From Candidatus Iainarchaeum sp. (GTDB lineage: Archaea > Iainarchaeota > Iainarchaeia > Iainarchaeales > JACQJH01), in the NCBI GenBank assembly GCA_016205145.1, contig JACQJH010000002.1:270001-302000 (forward strand): a stretch of 32,000 bases of DNA. The letters are read 5' to 3'. The translations under genes were made by a program, and so were the position numbers. Below the pieces are notes generated by a model. That model saw only the letters and a list, made by a program, of their open reading frames with translations. It was not told the origin of the DNA and did no database searches. This document shows, in pieces, positions 30,909 to 32,000 of this stretch (positions are counted from its first letter, which is position 1; each line of letters starts with the position of its first letter).

Positions 30909-31898
30909 ATGCCGGGATTCGATTTCGGGCCGCCGATGCCCGCATACATGCCGAAAAAGGCCGCGCCGCCATCAAACCCGCTTGCGAACTTTCTCGTTCT
31001 GCTGGCGCTAATCGCAGTCCTGCTTTTTGTGGCAACCTGGACCGGCGTGATAAAATGCAACGCAGTTCCATTCTGGTGCGACACGTACTATGCCATAATG
31101 GGAAAACCGAAAGTGCTCATAGTTTACGGCAACGAAGGCCTGGGCGACCCGGAACTATTGCAGGAACTGCTCGCGGACCCGGCGTTTGTCGGAGTGAAGC
31201 CGACAATGCTGCACATCGACAGGGTCAACCTCGGAAACCTCAAACCATACGCGCTTGTAATAGTCGAAAGGGCGAAAAAAATTGAAACAAGAAAACTCCA
31301 GGACTTCATCGAATACGCCGCATCCGGCGGCAGGCTTGTTTGGACCGGGGATGCGGGCACTGAACTCGGAACAGGCGACGACTACTTGTTCGCGGATGAA
31401 AGCCCGGACGCAAACTCGAAAGAGCACAAGATAATCGGCCCCTGGACCAGGAAAGTGGGAGACACAATTGTGAGTTTCGACCAGCTCATATCAGTGAACT
31501 ACAAGGCAAATTACTGTAAAATCAAAGCCTGCCAAAAAGACAATTCAACGTCGGTCGGCAGCCTCAGGCCCGAACCGACAAGGGAGCATCCGCTGATTGC
31601 AAACCTTTCCACAAACCTTGTGCTACGCGTGTTCGACGGCGAAGACTTTGCAATAGTCAACACAACCACAGGATACGTCACAACCGAAGTGCTGACAGTC
31701 GACTACGGCGGCCAGCTGTTTGACGCCGAAAACAAGCCCGCGGGAAGCACTTCGCCGATGATAGTGGTTTCAGGCGTCGGGGAAAGAGTCGCGTACTACG
31801 CCATGCCGCCCGAACTATTCGCAAACCCCAAGCTCGCGCAAAACCAGAAATACTTCAGCATAGTGCGCAACATGTACAACGGAATGCTCGGCAAATGA
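30909..31898 (+). CDS. Membrane-anchored hypothetical protein (possible class-I-glutamine-amidotransferase-like/ThuA-like fold ectodomain)
   Basis: 329 aa. TATA-like TTATTTAA (30870-30877) lies upstream. N-terminal Pro-rich segment, then one TM helix (FLVLLALIAVLLFVATW). The segment KVLIVYGNEG...LKPYALVIVERAKKIETRKLQDFIEYAASGGRLVWTGDAG resembles the flavodoxin-like strand-helix pattern of ThuA/GH42M-type domains. The function call is weak. Confidence 0.55.
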   Translation: MPGFDFGPPMPAYMPKKAAPPSNPLANFLVLLALIAVLLFVATWTGVIKCNAVPFWCDTYYAIMGKPKVLIVYGNEGLGDPELLQELLADPAFVGVKPTMLHIDRVNLGNLKPYALVIVERAKKIETRKLQDFIEYAASGGRLVWTGDAGTELGTGDDYLFADESPDANSKEHKIIGPWTRKVGDTIVSFDQLISVNYKANYCKIKACQKDNSTSVGSLRPEPTREHPLIANLSTNLVLRVFDGEDFAIVNTTTGYVTTEVLTVDYGGQLFDAENKPAGSTSPMIVVSGVGERVAYYAMPPELFANPKLAQNQKYFSIVRNMYNGMLGK

Positions 31899-32000
31899 AA
31901 CAGGCCCGCCAAAAAAATCTAACAAAAACATTTTTAAATAACAAAGAATATTATGATAGCAAATTTGGCCGAAGGAAAGATATTTAAAGACAAGAAACAA

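Noticed and set aside
30383-31011. Cys-rich 128-aa minus-strand ORF (30383..30769; ...CSRCCGTPRMLCGVCKGCNPCS...) and 191-aa plus-strand ORF (30436..31011)
   Set aside because: Both have implausible Arg/Cys/Thr-rich composition and no start context (no TATA or SD). The plus-strand one runs into the well-supported 30909 gene in another frame. The Cys richness follows from repeated TGC/GCA strings that also form the hairpins. They are kept only as part of the ORF-less-region finding.
31953-32000. Possible start of a further plus-strand gene (ATG 31953, MIANLAEGKIFKDKKQ...) after a TTTAAATA element, and track ORF 31815..32000 (-)
   Set aside because: Only 16 codons are visible, and the TATA-like element is only ~17 nt from the ATG. 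The minus-strand ORF overlaps the end of a supported gene and is AT-rich nonsense. There is not enough sequence to call either.
1-32000. Searched for CRISPR arrays, rRNA genes, IS elements, transposases, integrases and long terminal inverted repeats
   Set aside because: No regularly spaced direct repeats, no rRNA-like conserved strings and no DDE/tyrosine/serine recombinase-like ORFs were seen. The two AT-rich insert-like regions therefore cannot be called mobile elements.
1-32000. Many A7-A9 / T7-T9 homopolymer runs inside coding regions (e.g. 9721-9729, 12803-12811, 7047-7054) as possible phase-variation sites
   Set aside because: They are spread across all gene classes and are explained by heavy use of AAA (Lys) and TTT (Phe) codons. 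Only the A10 at 3515-3524, at the 5' end of a glycan gene, was kept as a low-interest finding.

Overview
The window looks archaeal. Evidence: a group II chaperonin (thermosome), a Sulfolobus-type single-OB SSB, deoxyhypusine synthase, TATA-like boxes about 25-30 nt upstream of many start codons (leaderless-type layout), and a tRNA without an encoded CCA. No rRNA, CRISPR array, transposase or integrase was recognised.

Gene content from left to right:
(1) 113-11779 is a surface-glycan biosynthesis island. It holds five glycosyltransferases, a PAPS-type sulfotransferase, two Wzy/O-antigen-ligase-like polytopic membrane proteins (one fused to a CBM4_9-like lectin module), and a membrane-anchored protein made of two more copies of that module.
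(2) 11805-12900 is a recombination scar. A duplicated 3' end of a kinase gene and an internal glycosyltransferase fragment flank an AT-rich SAM-methyltransferase gene.
(3) A small RIO/Bud32-like kinase sits in an operon with a CaCA antiporter.
(4) A split cobalamin-independent methionine synthase (two MetE-like ORFs).
(5) A MacB-type ABC ATPase translationally coupled to a CARDB-like surface protein with no permease, followed by an MFS transporter.
(6) An AT-rich islet carrying a DUF4258-like / zinc-finger-AbrB toxin-antitoxin-like pair.
(7) Thermosome, a small surface protein, a P-loop kinase, a membrane protein and SSB.
(8) A same-strand cluster: tRNA-Ile(UAU), ileS, deoxyhypusine synthase, and an S-adenosylmethionine-decarboxylase domain fused in frame to a ~160-aa polytopic membrane domain.
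(9) About 500 nt with no convincing ORF but several perfect hairpins.
(10) A membrane-anchored hypothetical protein.

Best candidates for something new:
- the Wzy-lectin fusion with its tandem-lectin partner;
- the membrane-fused AdoMetDC next to deoxyhypusine synthase;
- tRNA-Ile(UAU) placed as an apparent leader of ileS;
- the zinc-finger-AbrB antitoxin variant;
- the ORF-less structured stretch.

All family assignments come from motif recognition by eye. No database search was run.
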